64,000 bases of DNA from Lama glama (lineage: Eukaryota): NCBI GenBank assembly GCA_028534125.1, contig CM052817.1:99264001-99328000 (forward strand), in the 5' to 3' direction. Of this stretch, positions 1 to 13,459 are shown one piece after another; positions within the stretch are counted from its first letter, which is position 1; each line of letters opens with the position of its first letter. The position numbers and the translations under genes are program-made. The notes below the pieces were generated by a model. It was not told where the DNA came from. It ran no database searches and was given only the letters and a program-made list of their open reading frames with translations.

Positions 1-1529
1 ACCAACCAAAGCCCTATATAACATAATGTTATATACCTACCACACTTGAATTTAGAACAGACGTTTCTATTTCCTACTAATGTGGTGCCACAGCATCACA
101 GAACATTCTGTAAGAAAGCTTGAAGATTGTCTAACGAACTTCAAACTATTTAAAGAAACCTGTGTCTTTCAGAACGAAACTCTTTAGTTCAGTTATTTGC
201 ATATTTAAAAAGTAAACTGAGATAATGGTGATGAAAATAATAATTAAATATATCACAAAATATCCATAAACAATGTTCTTACTCACAGAATGTTGGAAAT
301 TTAATTTTTTTAAACTTAAATCTTTTTAGTTTATACATTTTACTTGTCTTGGTAAAAATTGTCAAAGAAGTATCACTTGATTATGTCAGTGATTACTGAT
401 TATTTTTATAGGAATGTTGTTTACAAGAAAAATATCAATAACTGAACTCAAAACTATCAAAACAATGTATTCACAAAGAAAGTATTTCATCAATTAAATA
501 GGTAAGTTAAGAGAAACATTTCTTCCAAACAACAATTACTTATGTCTGACCCTAAGTAATTGATTTGCTAATAGTACCCATCAAGTCTGATAAACCCTAT
601 GCTGTAGTCTCAGTCTGTAAAGGTCTACATGTTATTTACACTAATAAAACATTAATCAAGGACCAAATTTATAGCAGCTACTCTATAAATGAGGTCAAGG
701 CAGGTCAGACTTACATAATAAGAAATAAATAAAAAGGAAAAAGAAAAAAAAAAAGGTTGGCCTCTGCATAAAAAGAAAACCCTTATTACCTATTCTTCTT
801 GCCCCTGGGATTAAGTCCAGTAGCTGAACACTACAAATGCTTCACAAATACGTCCACTGCTATGTAAACGCATTTAACCTCAATATATTAAATATTTATA
901 AAAGGAAAGTCAAATACACTGATTTAGAAAAATAAATCTCTAAATTGTTCCTTTAAAATATATTCTACCCTCTGAAGAAAGAGATAATGAAAATTTCAAA
1001 TACTACCGATATTTCACGAATGAATGTTAGTTCTCTTTATACTACCGTTTATTTCTAACATTTACTTAGAAGACAAAGGCTAAATACTTTCTATAGGCTC
1101 AGCACAGAAGTAAAGAAAACAATTTCTAAACAAAGGAGGCTAATAAATCCAAACAGTTAAAGATAAGCACATATAAGAAATCAGGGAAAAGGTACTATAA
1201 AGTCTCTAATCACAGCTGATATAAAAACCAAATAAGTTACTCAAATAATTGTTTCCTCAATAAGAATAACAATCAGCTCTTCCGGATAAAATATTTGAGA
1301 AGAACATGAAATTAATTACTTTACAAAATACAGAAAAATTTTAATGTAAAATATTTATTTTATATATATGTATTTTCTTTTCTCTGGGTAATAATCTTCA
1401 AAATAACATCACTTGACTATTACCAAGATTGTATAAAATGAATTTCTGTTTAAGAAATACTATTTACATAAAACATATTAATAACTGAAATCAAACTATA
1501 AAAGCAATGTACTTATAGAGAAAATATCT

Positions 1530-1808
1530 TATCAATTAAACACAAATATTTACTGAATTGGCAAGGCACTTCACTTGGAGCCCAGGATACAACCAAAAGC
1601 AAGACAGGGGCACTGCCCTCACAAAACATACACTTTACAAGGGATAACGAAGATAAATATGGGAGTAGAATAAAAAATGCAGGGAAACATATTTTAAGAA
1701 ATGAGGTAAAAGTAACCTGCGTAACAGGTTTCAAGGAAGACTTCTCTGACAAGGTGACATCTGAATTGGGCCTTAAATCAGAATGAACCAGACATGTAAA
1801 GAGCTGGG
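1530..1808 (-). mobile_element. L2 LINE 3' fragment
   Basis: Resembles the L2 3' end in reverse (caaatatttactga...ctgccctca...ggaagacttctctgacaaggtgacatctgaattgggcctt). Confidence 0.6.
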
Positions 1809-1809
1809 G

Positions 1810-2520
1810 GTGGATCTTCCAGCTATGGTGAAATAAAAAGGTCAACAAATCCTCTCCCACAAAAACAAGCATAGAATTGACAAATAACAATCATTTCAGG
1901 GTACTGAAAACTGATTAAGGCAAACAAAAAAAATCAATAATAATCTTAGAAAAATTTGCTAACCACTGAGTAAGAACAAATGGAGTCTGTGGCAATCTTT
2001 TCTTGGAATGTACCACCCAAACACCAGAAGTGTGTTGTTCCATCAGTCTACGGCTGCCGATGGAACCAGCAACCTCACTGCCAGAGACGGCTAACCAGAT
2101 TTGGAAAAGAGGACAGAAAATGAAGAAAATGCATCCCAAGCTGAAAACTGGAAAAGCCAATAGCTATCCTAGACTGAGATTATATTTGTAGTTAGGGTGA
2201 GCAGAAGATCAGAGAATAAACCAGAAATTAAAGAGAGAGACCCTAAAAATGAAGTAGCCATATTAAATATACATATATATGTTAGATAACTTAGTAAGAA
2301 TTTCACACATCCATGGCTGTCTGGGTCCCTGGGCACACATACAGTGCAGACTTGAAAAAGATCAATGGGAAGCAAAAGCTAGGAATAAAAACTACCACAA
2401 ATTTAAATTTTGTCCATCAAGCCAAACCCAGATTTACTGGCCATACACGGTCAAAGGTTTCAGAAAGACTTCTTATCATTATTCATTGATCTCAAAGCTA
2501 TGGAGAAAAGGGGCAACCCC
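1810..2520 (+). mobile_element. Old L1M 5'-region fragment
   Basis: Start cttccagctatggtgaa...caaatcctctcccacaaaaacaa resembles ancient L1M 5' ends. Heavily diverged. Confidence 0.45.
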
Positions 2521-2639
2521 TTAAAAGCCAGACTAAGAAAAATAAGAAGATTCTTGAAAAAGCTAAGCAGCAACATTAAGAGCACTGTACCACATGAGAG
2601 ACAAATTCTGCATATTAAGCCCAAGCAAGTAACTTTTAA

Positions 2640-5250
2640 AAATCAACAAACAAAACCAAATCCAACAATTATAAAAAGAATTATACAACACAACTAAGCA
2701 AGAATTATCCCAGTTATGCAGACCTGGCTCAGCATTCCAAAGTCCATTAGTGTAATCCACCATACATAAATACGCCAAAAAGAAAAGTCATGTGGTCATA
2801 TCAATAGATACAGAAAAAGCATTTGACAAAATCCAATGCCCATTCATAACAAAATCTTTCAGTAAACTAAGAACAGAGGGAAACTTTCTCAACTTGATAA
2901 AAAATATATACAAAAAGGCCAAAAGCTAACACTATTCTTAATGTTGAGAAACTAGGAAATTTCCCATTAAGATAAGGAAAAGACAAGATAAGGAAAAGGA
3001 TGTCCTCTCTTACCACTCTTTTTCAACATCACACGTGAAGTCTGAGCTAAAGCAATACGAAAAGAAAAGGAAATAAAATGTATGAAGACTGGGATGGAAG
3101 ACAAAAGAAGGTCTTTGCTCACAGATGACATGATCATCTATGTAGAAAAACCAAAACAACTGACAAAAAAATGAATTCCTCCTGGAAATAATAAGTGATT
3201 ATGTCAAGATTGCAGGATATGAGGTTAATATACAAAAGTCAATTGCTACCTATATACCAGCACTGAACAAGTGAAATTTGAAATAAAAAATACCATTTAT
3301 ATTAGCATCCCCCTCAAAAAATACTTTAAGTATAAATCTAACAAAATATGTACAATATCTATATGAAAGAAGTATAAAACTCAGGCAAATGAAATAAAAA
3401 ATTAAATACATGGAGAAATATTCCATGCTTATAGATAGGAAGACTCAATACCGTCAAGATGTCAGCTGGTCCCATTTTGGTCTGTGGATTCAATGCAATA
3501 CAATTCAAAATTCAAGCACGCTAGTTTACTGGTATTGACAAAACAATTTTACAGTTTATATGGAGCACCAAAATGTCCAGAATAGCCAATGTAATACTGA
3601 AGGAGAAGAACAAAGGTGGAAGACTGAAGTTACCCAACTTCAAGTCTTACTCTAAAGCTACAGTAATCAAGACAGTGTGGAACTGGTTAAAAAAAACAGA
3701 CAAACAGATTGATGGGACAAAACTGAGAACCTACAAATAGATCCACATAAATACAGTCAGCTGATCTTTGACAAAGAAAGAGCAAAAACAATATACAATG
3801 GACTAATCACAGTGTTTTTAATAAATAATGCTGCAACAACTGGACATCTACATGTGAAAAAAATTAATTTAGGCATAGACCTTCCAGGCTTTTCAAAAAT
3901 TTACTCAAAATGGGTAACAGACATAAACTGAAAATGAAAAACCATAAAAATTCTAAAAGATAACACAAGACAAAAGCTAGATAACCTTGGGTATGGTAGT
4001 GACTTTTCAGATACACAACCAAAAACATGATCCAAAAAGTAAATAATTGATCAGCTGGACTTCACTAAAGTTGAAAACTACTGCTCTGCAAAAGACAATG
4101 TCAAGAAAATTAGAAGACAAGACACAGACTGGGAGAAAATATTTACAAAAGACACATCTGAAAAATGACTGTTACCTAAACTACAAAGAACTCTTAAAAT
4201 TCATTAATAAAAAAAACAAACAACCTCATTAAAAAATGTGCCAAAGCCCTGAACAGACACCTCACCAAAGAAGATATACAGATGGGAATTTAGCAAATGA
4301 AAATATGTTTCACATCATATGTTATCAGGGAAATGCAAATTAAAACAATAATAAGATACCAATACACACCTATCACAATAGCCAAAATCTGAAACACTGA
4401 CAACACCGAATACTGGTGAGGATATGGAGCAATAGGAACTCTCGTTCATTGCTGGTGTGAATGCATGATACAGTCAATGTGGAGGACGGCTTACCAGTTT
4501 CTTTCAAAACCAAACATACTCTTTCTATAAAACCCAGCAATCACACTCCTTGGTATTTATCAAAAAAGGCTTAAAACTTATTTCCACACAAAAACATGTA
4601 CCTGGATGTTTATAAAAGCTTTATTCATAACTGCCAAAACTTATAAGCAACCAAGATGTCCTTCAGTAAGTGAGTGGATAAGTAAACCACAGTACATTTA
4701 GACAGCAAAATATTATTCAGTGTTATAAAGAAATGAGCTATCAATCCATTAAAAATGTAAGTATGTATTAGTAAGTGAAAGACCCAAACTGAAAAAGTTA
4801 CATACTGTATGATTTTCTGGAAAAGGCAAAACTGTGACTTTCTGGAAAAGGTAAAACTGTGGAGACAGTAAAAAGAGTAGTGGTTGCCAGTGTGTGGGAG
4901 GAGGTTGGGGTAAGTGATAAAGAGGCAGAGCACAGAAGATTTTTGGCATATTGAAAATAATATAATAGCCTAAGGATGGATACATGCCATAAACATTTTT
5001 CTAAACCCACAGAATGTACATCAAGAGTGAGCCATAATGTAAACTACGGACTTTGAGTGATTATGATACATCAACACAGGTTCATCAGTTTTAACAAATA
5101 CACCTCTCTGGTGGTTATGCTGACAACAGGGGAGGCTACACATGTGTGAGGGCAGGGACATATTTTCATATGTGAAAAATTTCTGTAACTTCCCCTCAAT
5201 TTTGCTGTGAATCTAAAACTATTCTTAAGAAAAAAATAGTCTTAATGAAA
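2640..5250 (+). mobile_element. L1MC1/2-like LINE: degenerate ORF2 (RT and C-terminal region) plus 3' UTR, antisense to LRBA
   Basis: ORF2 hallmarks gatacagaaaaagcatttgacaaaatccaa and ctcacagatgacatgatcatctatgtagaaaa (decayed FADD region). L1MC-type 3' UTR aaacccacagaatgtaca...aatgtaaactacggactttgagtga, then an A-rich tail. Many stops and frameshifts. Confidence 0.92.
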
Positions 5251-5420
5251 AAACAAAAGGAATAGAGAAGAAAACATAACCCCCCCAAAAAAGAAAAAAT
5301 CAACAAGAAAATATGTTTTAAAAAAAATCAACAAGTAAAAGCAATTAACAAAAACTCATAGATATAAAGTAGAAAACCTGGAATCTAAAATTTCTATATT
5401 AAATGGTCATTTTTTTAAAA

Positions 5421-5700
5421 ATCCATTATATGTATATACCACAGTTCCTTTATCTATTCAGCTGTCTATGGATATTATGGTTGCTTCCATGCAGCAATTC
5501 AGATAAACCTGGAGAACATTACATTAAGTGAAATAAGTCAAACATAGGACAGATACTCTATGATGCTACTTATATATGGGAGCTAAAATAGTCAAAACTT
5601 TTAGAAGCAGAGAGAATAATGTGGTAATCAAGGGCTGTGAGAGGTAAAGTGGGAGGTATTTATTAGTCAAAGGCTACGAAGTCCAAATGTAATGACAATA
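5421..5700 (+). mobile_element. L1MA-like 3' fragment with an inverted 5' segment (5421-5490 minus, 5491 onward plus)
   Basis: The reverse complement of 5421-5490 reads as L1 atggaagcaacc...tgtggtatatacatataatgga. It is followed by forward gcagcaa...acctggagaacattacattaagtgaaataagtca. Confidence 0.75.
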
Positions 5701-5734
5701 ACTACACAGTGAATATAAATAATCACAATCTGTT

Positions 5735-6090
5735 AAAAAGAACCAAATGGAAATTCTGTTAAAAAATAATCAACAAAGCCAAAAACCAAAAAACAACTTC
5801 CAAGTGGACTCACCAGCAAATTTGAGATGGCAGAAGATAAAATGAAATCAGTGAACTTGCAGATATAGCAACAGAATTTATCAACTGAAGAATGAAGAGA
5901 AAAAGACTGAAGATGACAAGATAATATCAAACTACCAACTTATGTGTAATGGGAGTCCAAAAGAAGAGTCAAGATAAACAAGCACAGAAAAAGTTTATGC
6001 AGAAATAATGACTGAAAATTTTTATGAAAAGCTAATTCTACACATCCTAGAAGTTCAAAGAGCTCCATGCAAGAAAAACACCACCAAGCA
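5735..6090 (+). mobile_element. Old L1 ORF1 fragment
   Basis: aaaaagaaccaaatggaaattctg...gagatggcagaaga...atcagtgaacttg...tgtgtaatgggagtcc is typical L1M ORF1 sequence. Confidence 0.75.
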
Positions 6091-6149
6091 CTACCAAGGG
6101 TCTAGGGTTTTACTCTATTTGTAGGATCTTCCCAATTTTTTTTTTAGCA

Positions 6150-6445
6150 GTTTTAAAAAGTTAAACGCAGACTTCCCACTGAACCCAGCAATTCTACTTT
6201 CAGGTATTTACCCAAAAGAAATGAAAACATATGTCCACAATGTCCACACAAAACCTTGTACACAAATAATCATGGCAGCATTATTTATAATAGCCAAAAA
6301 CAGAAAGCAACCCAAATGATCACTGATGGCTGAAGGGACAAAACAAAATGTGATATATCCATACAATGCAATACTATTAATCAATAAAAGGGAACAAAAT
6401 TCTGATATATGCTGTAATATGGATGAAATCACCAGGAATTATTAT
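6150..6445 (+). mobile_element. L1MB/ME ORF2-end fragment
   Basis: acccagcaattctactttcaggtatttacccaaaagaaatgaaaacatatgtccac...gcagcattatttataatagccaaaa. Confidence 0.85.
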
Positions 6446-6599
6446 AAGAAGCGTTGGAGAAAGTAACAGTGATCTAAAAACAAAAATCACTTAAAAATAA
6501 ATGGGAATTACTTGGGGACACATAGAGACAGCAATGATGAAGCATGGTAAGTGATAACAGTCTTCAAAAGAGATTCAAAGATGAACAAGATCCTGATCT

Positions 6600-8260
6600 G
6601 TCAGTTCCCTTAACTCCTCTCCTTCTCTGGTCTTGTCTTCCATCCTACTTCAGCCACTTATTGCATGGTCATGTGCCAGACGTCATCATCTCCAATAACT
6701 ACATGGCCTTGGTTCTACTCATTTCACTCTCTAACTGCTACCTCTCGAGGCTACAGCTCACTCATTCTACTATCACAACTGTAACACTCCTTAGAGCTCC
6801 AAGTCATCCCTCCTATCATTTTTTTTTTACATTCACTCTCCTCTTTACCTAGCTTAATAATTATAGTCTTGTGGTCTATGATTACAATCACTTCCCTGCA
6901 TAAAAGTTTGACTCCTCCCATGTTACCATAAATGATACATTCATGCTGTCTTTAAAGGCAACAACTCTTCCCCACCCAGTCTGTATATAAATTCATCCAC
7001 TCTCTAATCAGCCCAAAAACATCAGTCCAGAAATTCTCACCTATCTCTCTCCTATACCCATTTCCTCACTCATTATCATGAAACTGTGTTGTTTTGCTCT
7101 CATTTTTTAAAACTCTAATTCCTGTGACTGTTTCCCCCCACAAGCTACCACTCCATTTTATTTTTGCTCCCTCTTTGTAGCAACACTCCTCTAAAGAATT
7201 TTTAATACACATTCTCTAGTTCCTCTTCTCTCATTCTCTTCTTTTCTAAATCCACTGCAGATAAGCTTGTTTCCACACCACTCTCCAAACTACTCCTATC
7301 CAAGTCAGAAACCACAACTGAATCTGTGGTCAAATCTCAGTTGTCATCCTATCACCTTAAGGATGTCCTCTAGTCTCAAGATAGTATCTACCACTTATAT
7401 GCTTGTAACACTCAAGCTTATACCTCTAATCTGGAGAAATAACTCACCACTGTCTATTTAACATCACTACTTGGATGTCTTCTAGAGACTGAAAAAATCA
7501 GTATCTCTAAAACTGAACACCTGATCTTCCCCAATAACTGCTTTATCCACGGCCTTCCCCATCCTGGTTGATAGAAACATAATCTTTTCAGGTACACAGG
7601 CCAAAAATCTTAAGAGTAATACCTAACTCCTAGCTTTCTCTCACAATCCACATCCAATCCATTAGTAAATGCTATTGGCTCTATCTTCAAAATAAATTCA
7701 TAATACTGCTACTGCTCACCTCTTCTACTGCTACTGCCCTAGTGCATGTCATCATCATGTCTAACTAGGATTACTTCAATAGTTCTCTAATTGATCTTTT
7801 TGCTTCCATCCTTAAATTCCTATATGCATCAGCCAAACAACTTTTTAATACATAATGCAAACTGTCTCCCTGATCTACACAAAATCCTGCAAGGATTGTT
7901 ATTTCCTACAGAATGGTAAAGGCTCTACACAAAATCTTGCCCTATGTCTCTGACATCATTTTCCATTTCTCTCCATTTTGATCACTTTGTTCTTGCTATA
8001 CTGGCCTCATTCCTCAAATATACCAAGAAAGCTTTCATCTGTATACTGCCTGTTCCCTAAGACTGGAATGCTCTTCCCCCATATGCCTTATGGTTCACTC
8101 CTTCAAATCCTTCAAATGCTTGCTTACATGTCACTTTTCTGTGACTTCTAATCTAACCACTCTATTTAAACTAGAGACCGTATCAAACCTTTATATATCT
8201 TTCAAACATCTCCACTGCCCTCAACCTGCTTCCCATTATCTTTTTCCAAAGTACTTACCA
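6600..8260 (+). mobile_element. L2a LINE remnant
   Basis: CT-rich L2 body with cttggatgtct...aaaactgaacacctgatcttcccc, caggccaaaaatctt and cacatccaatccattagtaaatgctattggctctatcttcaaaata. Confidence 0.85.
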
Positions 8261-8599
8261 CCTTTCACATATTTTTTTTCAAAAATTTCAAAAAGTTTTC
8301 AAAAGTTTTTTTTCAAAAAGAACTAGTGTTAATCAGTGTATCGCATTAAGTAGAGTAAGTACATTTGATCAGCAATGCTCACTGCCTAACTCTCTTTCTA
8401 TATATAAACTTTAAAAGCATCCAATACTTCAGTGTTGAAATTCAGCCAAAGAGCTATTTATTTTTCTTGATGAATAAGCACTTTGAAATTTTTTCTGAAA
8501 GTAAGACTGAATTATTAGTCATGCACTCATTGAGAAATATTTATTGATTTCCTACCACTTGCCAGACTCCAGACTACAGTTTAGCTCTGTTTCTCATAC

Positions 8600-9140
8600 A
8601 TAGATCACTGCAATGGCCTTGCTGTTGTTCTTGATTTCAATCAGATCTCCTCTCCTTCAACTCATCCAAAACATCACTGCCAGTTATCTTTCCAGAAATC
8701 AATGTCATAATGATATTCCTTTCTTAAAATCTTTCAAGGTTTCTGACTGCCTTCAGCTGAAAGTTCAAATATACCACACTAGGCTTCTTATGATCCAGAT
8801 GCCCAATTCTACTTCATAAATTCACACACAAACACATGCACACACACACTCATACACACCTTCCCATATCACAGTGTTGTCAGATCTTCTATCCCCTCTA
8901 TTTGGAATGCTTTTCACAGACATGTCCTCCCATATATCCATAATCCCCACTTTCTCAAAGTCTTCATGACAAATTCTACTCATCCTTGAAAATACATCTC
9001 AAGAATCATATTCTCTGGAGAAGTTTTGCCTAATTCTACCATACTAAATTGTGGAGTCTTTCTCTTTTTTTTCTCATTCCGACTTTAGTAATCTATGCTT
9101 AAATACTTCTAGCACAGAAATTAGCATATGGCATTATAAC
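8600..9140 (+). mobile_element. L2 (L2c-like) fragment
   Basis: Diverged L2 3' region motifs (tggaatgctttt, aaattctactcatccttg, ctagtctgtaagc). Confidence 0.6.
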
Positions 9141-9996
9141 TGAAAATTTATTTTTTTGTTCTCAATACTAGTCTGTAAGCACCTATAATTATTTGCTGAG
9201 TGGAATAATTTTAGTAGTATTTATGATTACATAAAGTTATCAATATCCTTTTCTCCCTTTATGTATCATTAATGAAACAGAGGTTGAATTCCTAGTTACT
9301 AGTTCAAATAATTTTTATGGTGACAGTGTTGATCTCCCAACACTAGTCAGAACATTATAAAGAAACATTCTTAAACAATAATTTTGCTCAGAATGCTGTT
9401 TCCAGTGGCAGCCAATCACACATTTTAATCAATACCTTGAGTCTTCAGTTCAAGTAATCCAAAATCAACTGCCACAAAATAGATACAAAGTAGTCCACTC
9501 ATCATTTCCTCAATTTACTTTTAATTCTCTCACTTTCTTACATTTATTTTCTCCCTTGTATCTTTCTTTTATATCTCAGTACTTCATTTTCTTTCCTACT
9601 ACTGAATTTTCTTTCCTTGAATTTTTCTTCCCTTATGACCAGGCATGACACAAGAGAGATAACACAGATATATTAGTCTATTGGCTTTTCAAATACAATA
9701 GAATTTTCTAAAAGTCCAAAAAAGTATCAATCTTCCTTAAATCTGCTAATAAAACCATCAGTTTACTTTTGCACAACTCGGTCTTACTGAAAAATAAAGA
9801 ACAGATTTTATCATTAAGAGCACAACAATAAAAAAGAACAATGAAATTAAAATACTGAAATATCTATAATTAATACCTAAGCTCCACTATGTCACTAACT
9901 GCAAAACAATACAGTACCAAAAATATCAGTTCCAATGGAAAAATACAATAACATTTTCAAGTAAAATATAAATAAAATAAATATAAAATAGATTAC

Positions 9997-10061
9997 CTTC
10001 CTTCATTGACAAGTTCAATAAAAGCAAGGCCAGCATTCTTCTGAATAGAATTCTGCCACTC
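9997..10061 (-). CDS. LRBA: LRBA coding exon, 65 bp (EWQNSIQKNAGLAFIELVNEGR); not in the ORF track
   Basis: Manual translation. Acceptor ttctcctgtttttag|G and donor GGAAG|gtaatc. Its phase 0 start matches the previous exon. Confidence 0.97.
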
Positions 10062-13000
10062 CTAAAAAACAGGAGAAAATAGCTGAACAAATTTCACTCA
10101 GTAGGTTATTTCTTTAAAACAACAATTAGGAAAAACATCACCCACATCAATTTCGCACCTGAGCTCTTAATGGAAAAGCTGTGTTAAACATGCGGCCCTA
10201 CCCAATGCAGCGCCGTGAACACAAGAATAGTTGACATTGAGAAGTAAGCTAAATACATCAGCAACAATTTGATTCTAGATGAACTAAATGAGCCTATCTA
10301 TACTTAATCTTATCCTTTTAGTTCTACACCATTACATATAACTGATTTAACTGAAACAGTTGGAAAGAAAGAGAACAAGGCAGACCAAGGACAGAGGTTT
10401 TGTTTTTGTTTCTTTAAGAGATGCATCAACCTAAATGAGGGGAAGACAGAATTAAGTGGCTTCATAAACTTAATAAATAACACACATTCTACAAAAATCG
10501 ATGATTAATGACTGAGAAAAAGACAAGAAACATCAGTGAATTTGACTAGACCATTTTTCAGTGGGAAACTATAGCTCACTAGACCTTTGAATTAGTAAAG
10601 GATGGTATAAATCTATTAATATATTCTTTATGAATAAGTTATCCAGTAAAAAGCCTTCAAAGGAAATCAACCAATAGAGTATATACAAACAAATTTTTTT
10701 AACCTTCATTTCAAAACATACATAAAATAAGAATTAATCCCATAAGGCCGGGCCACATGAATTGAAATGTAACTGGATTTGAGAAATGCCAATGTATCCA
10801 TGTATGTGTTTGTCTATTTTTTAACATAACTAGACATACAAACAAAATCTTTATGTTCCTTACAACTAAAGAGCCCTTATATTCTATCTATAAATATCCC
10901 TCAACTAATGCATTTTGGTTCTCTTATAAAACTCAAAACAAAAGACAATGTCTGCAACCTTACTATTGCGACCATAAACACTACTCAATAATGCCTTAAA
11001 GGTATCAAAGCTCTTAAAGAGCTTCAAACCCATGTTATGTCACCCCCGAGCACTGCTCCATGTCAGACAGATTCTTTTTTTTTTTTTAAAGCCTTATTCT
11101 ATCTCTTCTATTTTCTCCTTTTTATTCCAAATTTGGTATTACTTTCTTTCATGCTTTGAAAAACCAAGGTGGCTTTCAGGACTCAAACTGCTATTTGCCA
11201 TAATTTTCTTATAGGTTCTGTATCATGAATGTATCAGTATGAACATACTAGCAGAATATATACAGTAGAAGGGAAATTAGATATAAAGTCTGTCAGACAT
11301 TTGCAGATGGGCCTAAAACAGCCTTGAAGTATCCTGTGTCCTAGGAAGGGTCAGAAAATTATCCTAGAAAGATGTACAAGTAGTTGAGGCTCTGAGAGGA
11401 TGAGGACAACACAGCTGTGACCTCTGCTGACAGACAGCAGGGAGTCAAACCAGACGGTGACACCTAAAGGGATGCCCTAGTCGAGGAACAGAAGCGCATG
11501 CTCAGTCCTCATCTGGAACACCCGACGCGTCACCCTCAGCAAGCTGCCTGGAAATCTGATACAGCACCAGAGTGTGGGGAGCCAAGACCTTAAACTGACT
11601 GAGTTTCCATTTAGATCACTTACTTGAAGGGAAAATCTCAAAAGGGAAATTAACTTCAGTAAAAAGAAAATAGTTACCTTTCTTGCTAGGAAAAAAAATT
11701 AGGAAGAAAGGCAAGAGGTTATCTTATTATATATAATTGTCTAGATCATACATTTTATTTTCAAAAGTATTTATTAATATTATTTTCCTCAAATCCTTTT
11801 TGTCTGATCTAAAATTACAACAAGTGGGTATTTTTATTATATAAAGTATACAAACTCAAAATTCCACATGGTAAAACAGATCACTGTGGAGAGACTCAAA
11901 TTTTAACTACAGGTAAACATCATTTGAATTTTGTCTTCATTTATGTATACAAACGGACTTTTACTTATAATGTAAAATGAGAAAGTATACAATTAAATTT
12001 CACAAAGATTTTAAACAGCATGATCTAAGTGATAGAAAACTAGTTAAAATTAGTATATGTATAAAAAAACCATCTAAAAATTTTATGACTTCAACTTAAC
12101 TTGGTATGTCACACAACATATCTTTTTTTTTTAATTAAAAACAAATTAAACAAGAAGGTACACATAGAACAGGAAGAGTCCAATTTTTTACAAAAGCTCA
12201 GAAACACATTTTTTTTACTGCTAATACATTGGATTCTTGTTTTCCCAGGCATCATTTATTAACTCATATTTGTTAATTTATAATAACAGCTATCTAATCA
12301 CCTGAAATAAAACTTTTTCACTAATGTTTTTAAAATGAGACAAAATGAGAAATGAAGTAAAAATATAGATCTTACTTACACTTTGGGTATTGCTACAGAA
12401 ATCTCATAATTTTCAAAGATATCAAAGATTATCTACAATACTTAAGGAAGTTGCCAAAACTAAAAAGATTCATACTATCCTACAGCATTTTTCTCCACTT
12501 CTGAGACAATTATTAAAGAAGGTGTTAGTCTAAACAATTTCAGAAACCACAGCTCAATATAACCTTTAGTGAGTTTTAATAGTTGAAAGAAAAGCTTAAT
12601 GGTTATCATCTTTCATGATCATTTCAATATTTCATCACAGTATTTACAATTATATAGTGATGCAAAATGTGCCACACATTTAAGGTCTTGGTTATTCTTT
12701 TCCCAGAGGTATTGATGAAAAACACGTTAAAAGCCTCAAATCAAACCACTAATGCAACTAAGTAATTTTAAAACACATTTCAGCACTTTGGAGAGGAAGG
12801 ACTCAAAACACAACTGAGTCAATAATTTCATACCTGTTCTAAGCTGTATTTAATTGGCTGTCACTTCCTAAGGCCATAATTGTTGACTAGTCAATTTTTA
12901 CTAAAATAAACTCAGCTTACTAATGCTCTTAAGTCATACAACAATAATAACAGAGATAGTAGCTATTAGTGAAATCTATTAAATAAACAGTTACACCAAT

Positions 13001-13459
13001 TTTCCAAAAGTCCACTAAACTTCGGTTGTGGGGTGGGGAAAGACTTCATTAACTAAATTAATTCCATCCCTCCCTAGCAACAACAAACAAATACAGAGAA
13101 AAATGGCACCAATAAATGTGCTATATATTAATTTGTACTACTTTAATACAACTCTAAATTCCTTAAAATGAACTTGACAGTTTTCAGTATGATAATCTCC
13201 TACAACATATTTTAGTCTCTTGAATGCAGTACATGAATTTACCTAAATTTTAAAAATAATTCCCAAATATTACCATGCTGTAAAGCAAATAAAATCAGGC
13301 TACCAACTGACAAGACAGACTACATATACCCCCTGTTGCTTTTTTTTTCCCCCTTTTTTGGTCAAGCCATCAATGTTGACATTAAATGTGGTATCAATTT
13401 TTTATTCTGCTGAGCTAGATAATCACTAAATTATCTTTTACTCTTTAAAAAAAGGTATA

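Noticed and set aside
2640..4750. Functional reverse transcriptase or a novel RT system
   Set aside because: It is an ordinary decayed L1 ORF2 with many stops and frameshifts, and its catalytic motif region is degenerate.
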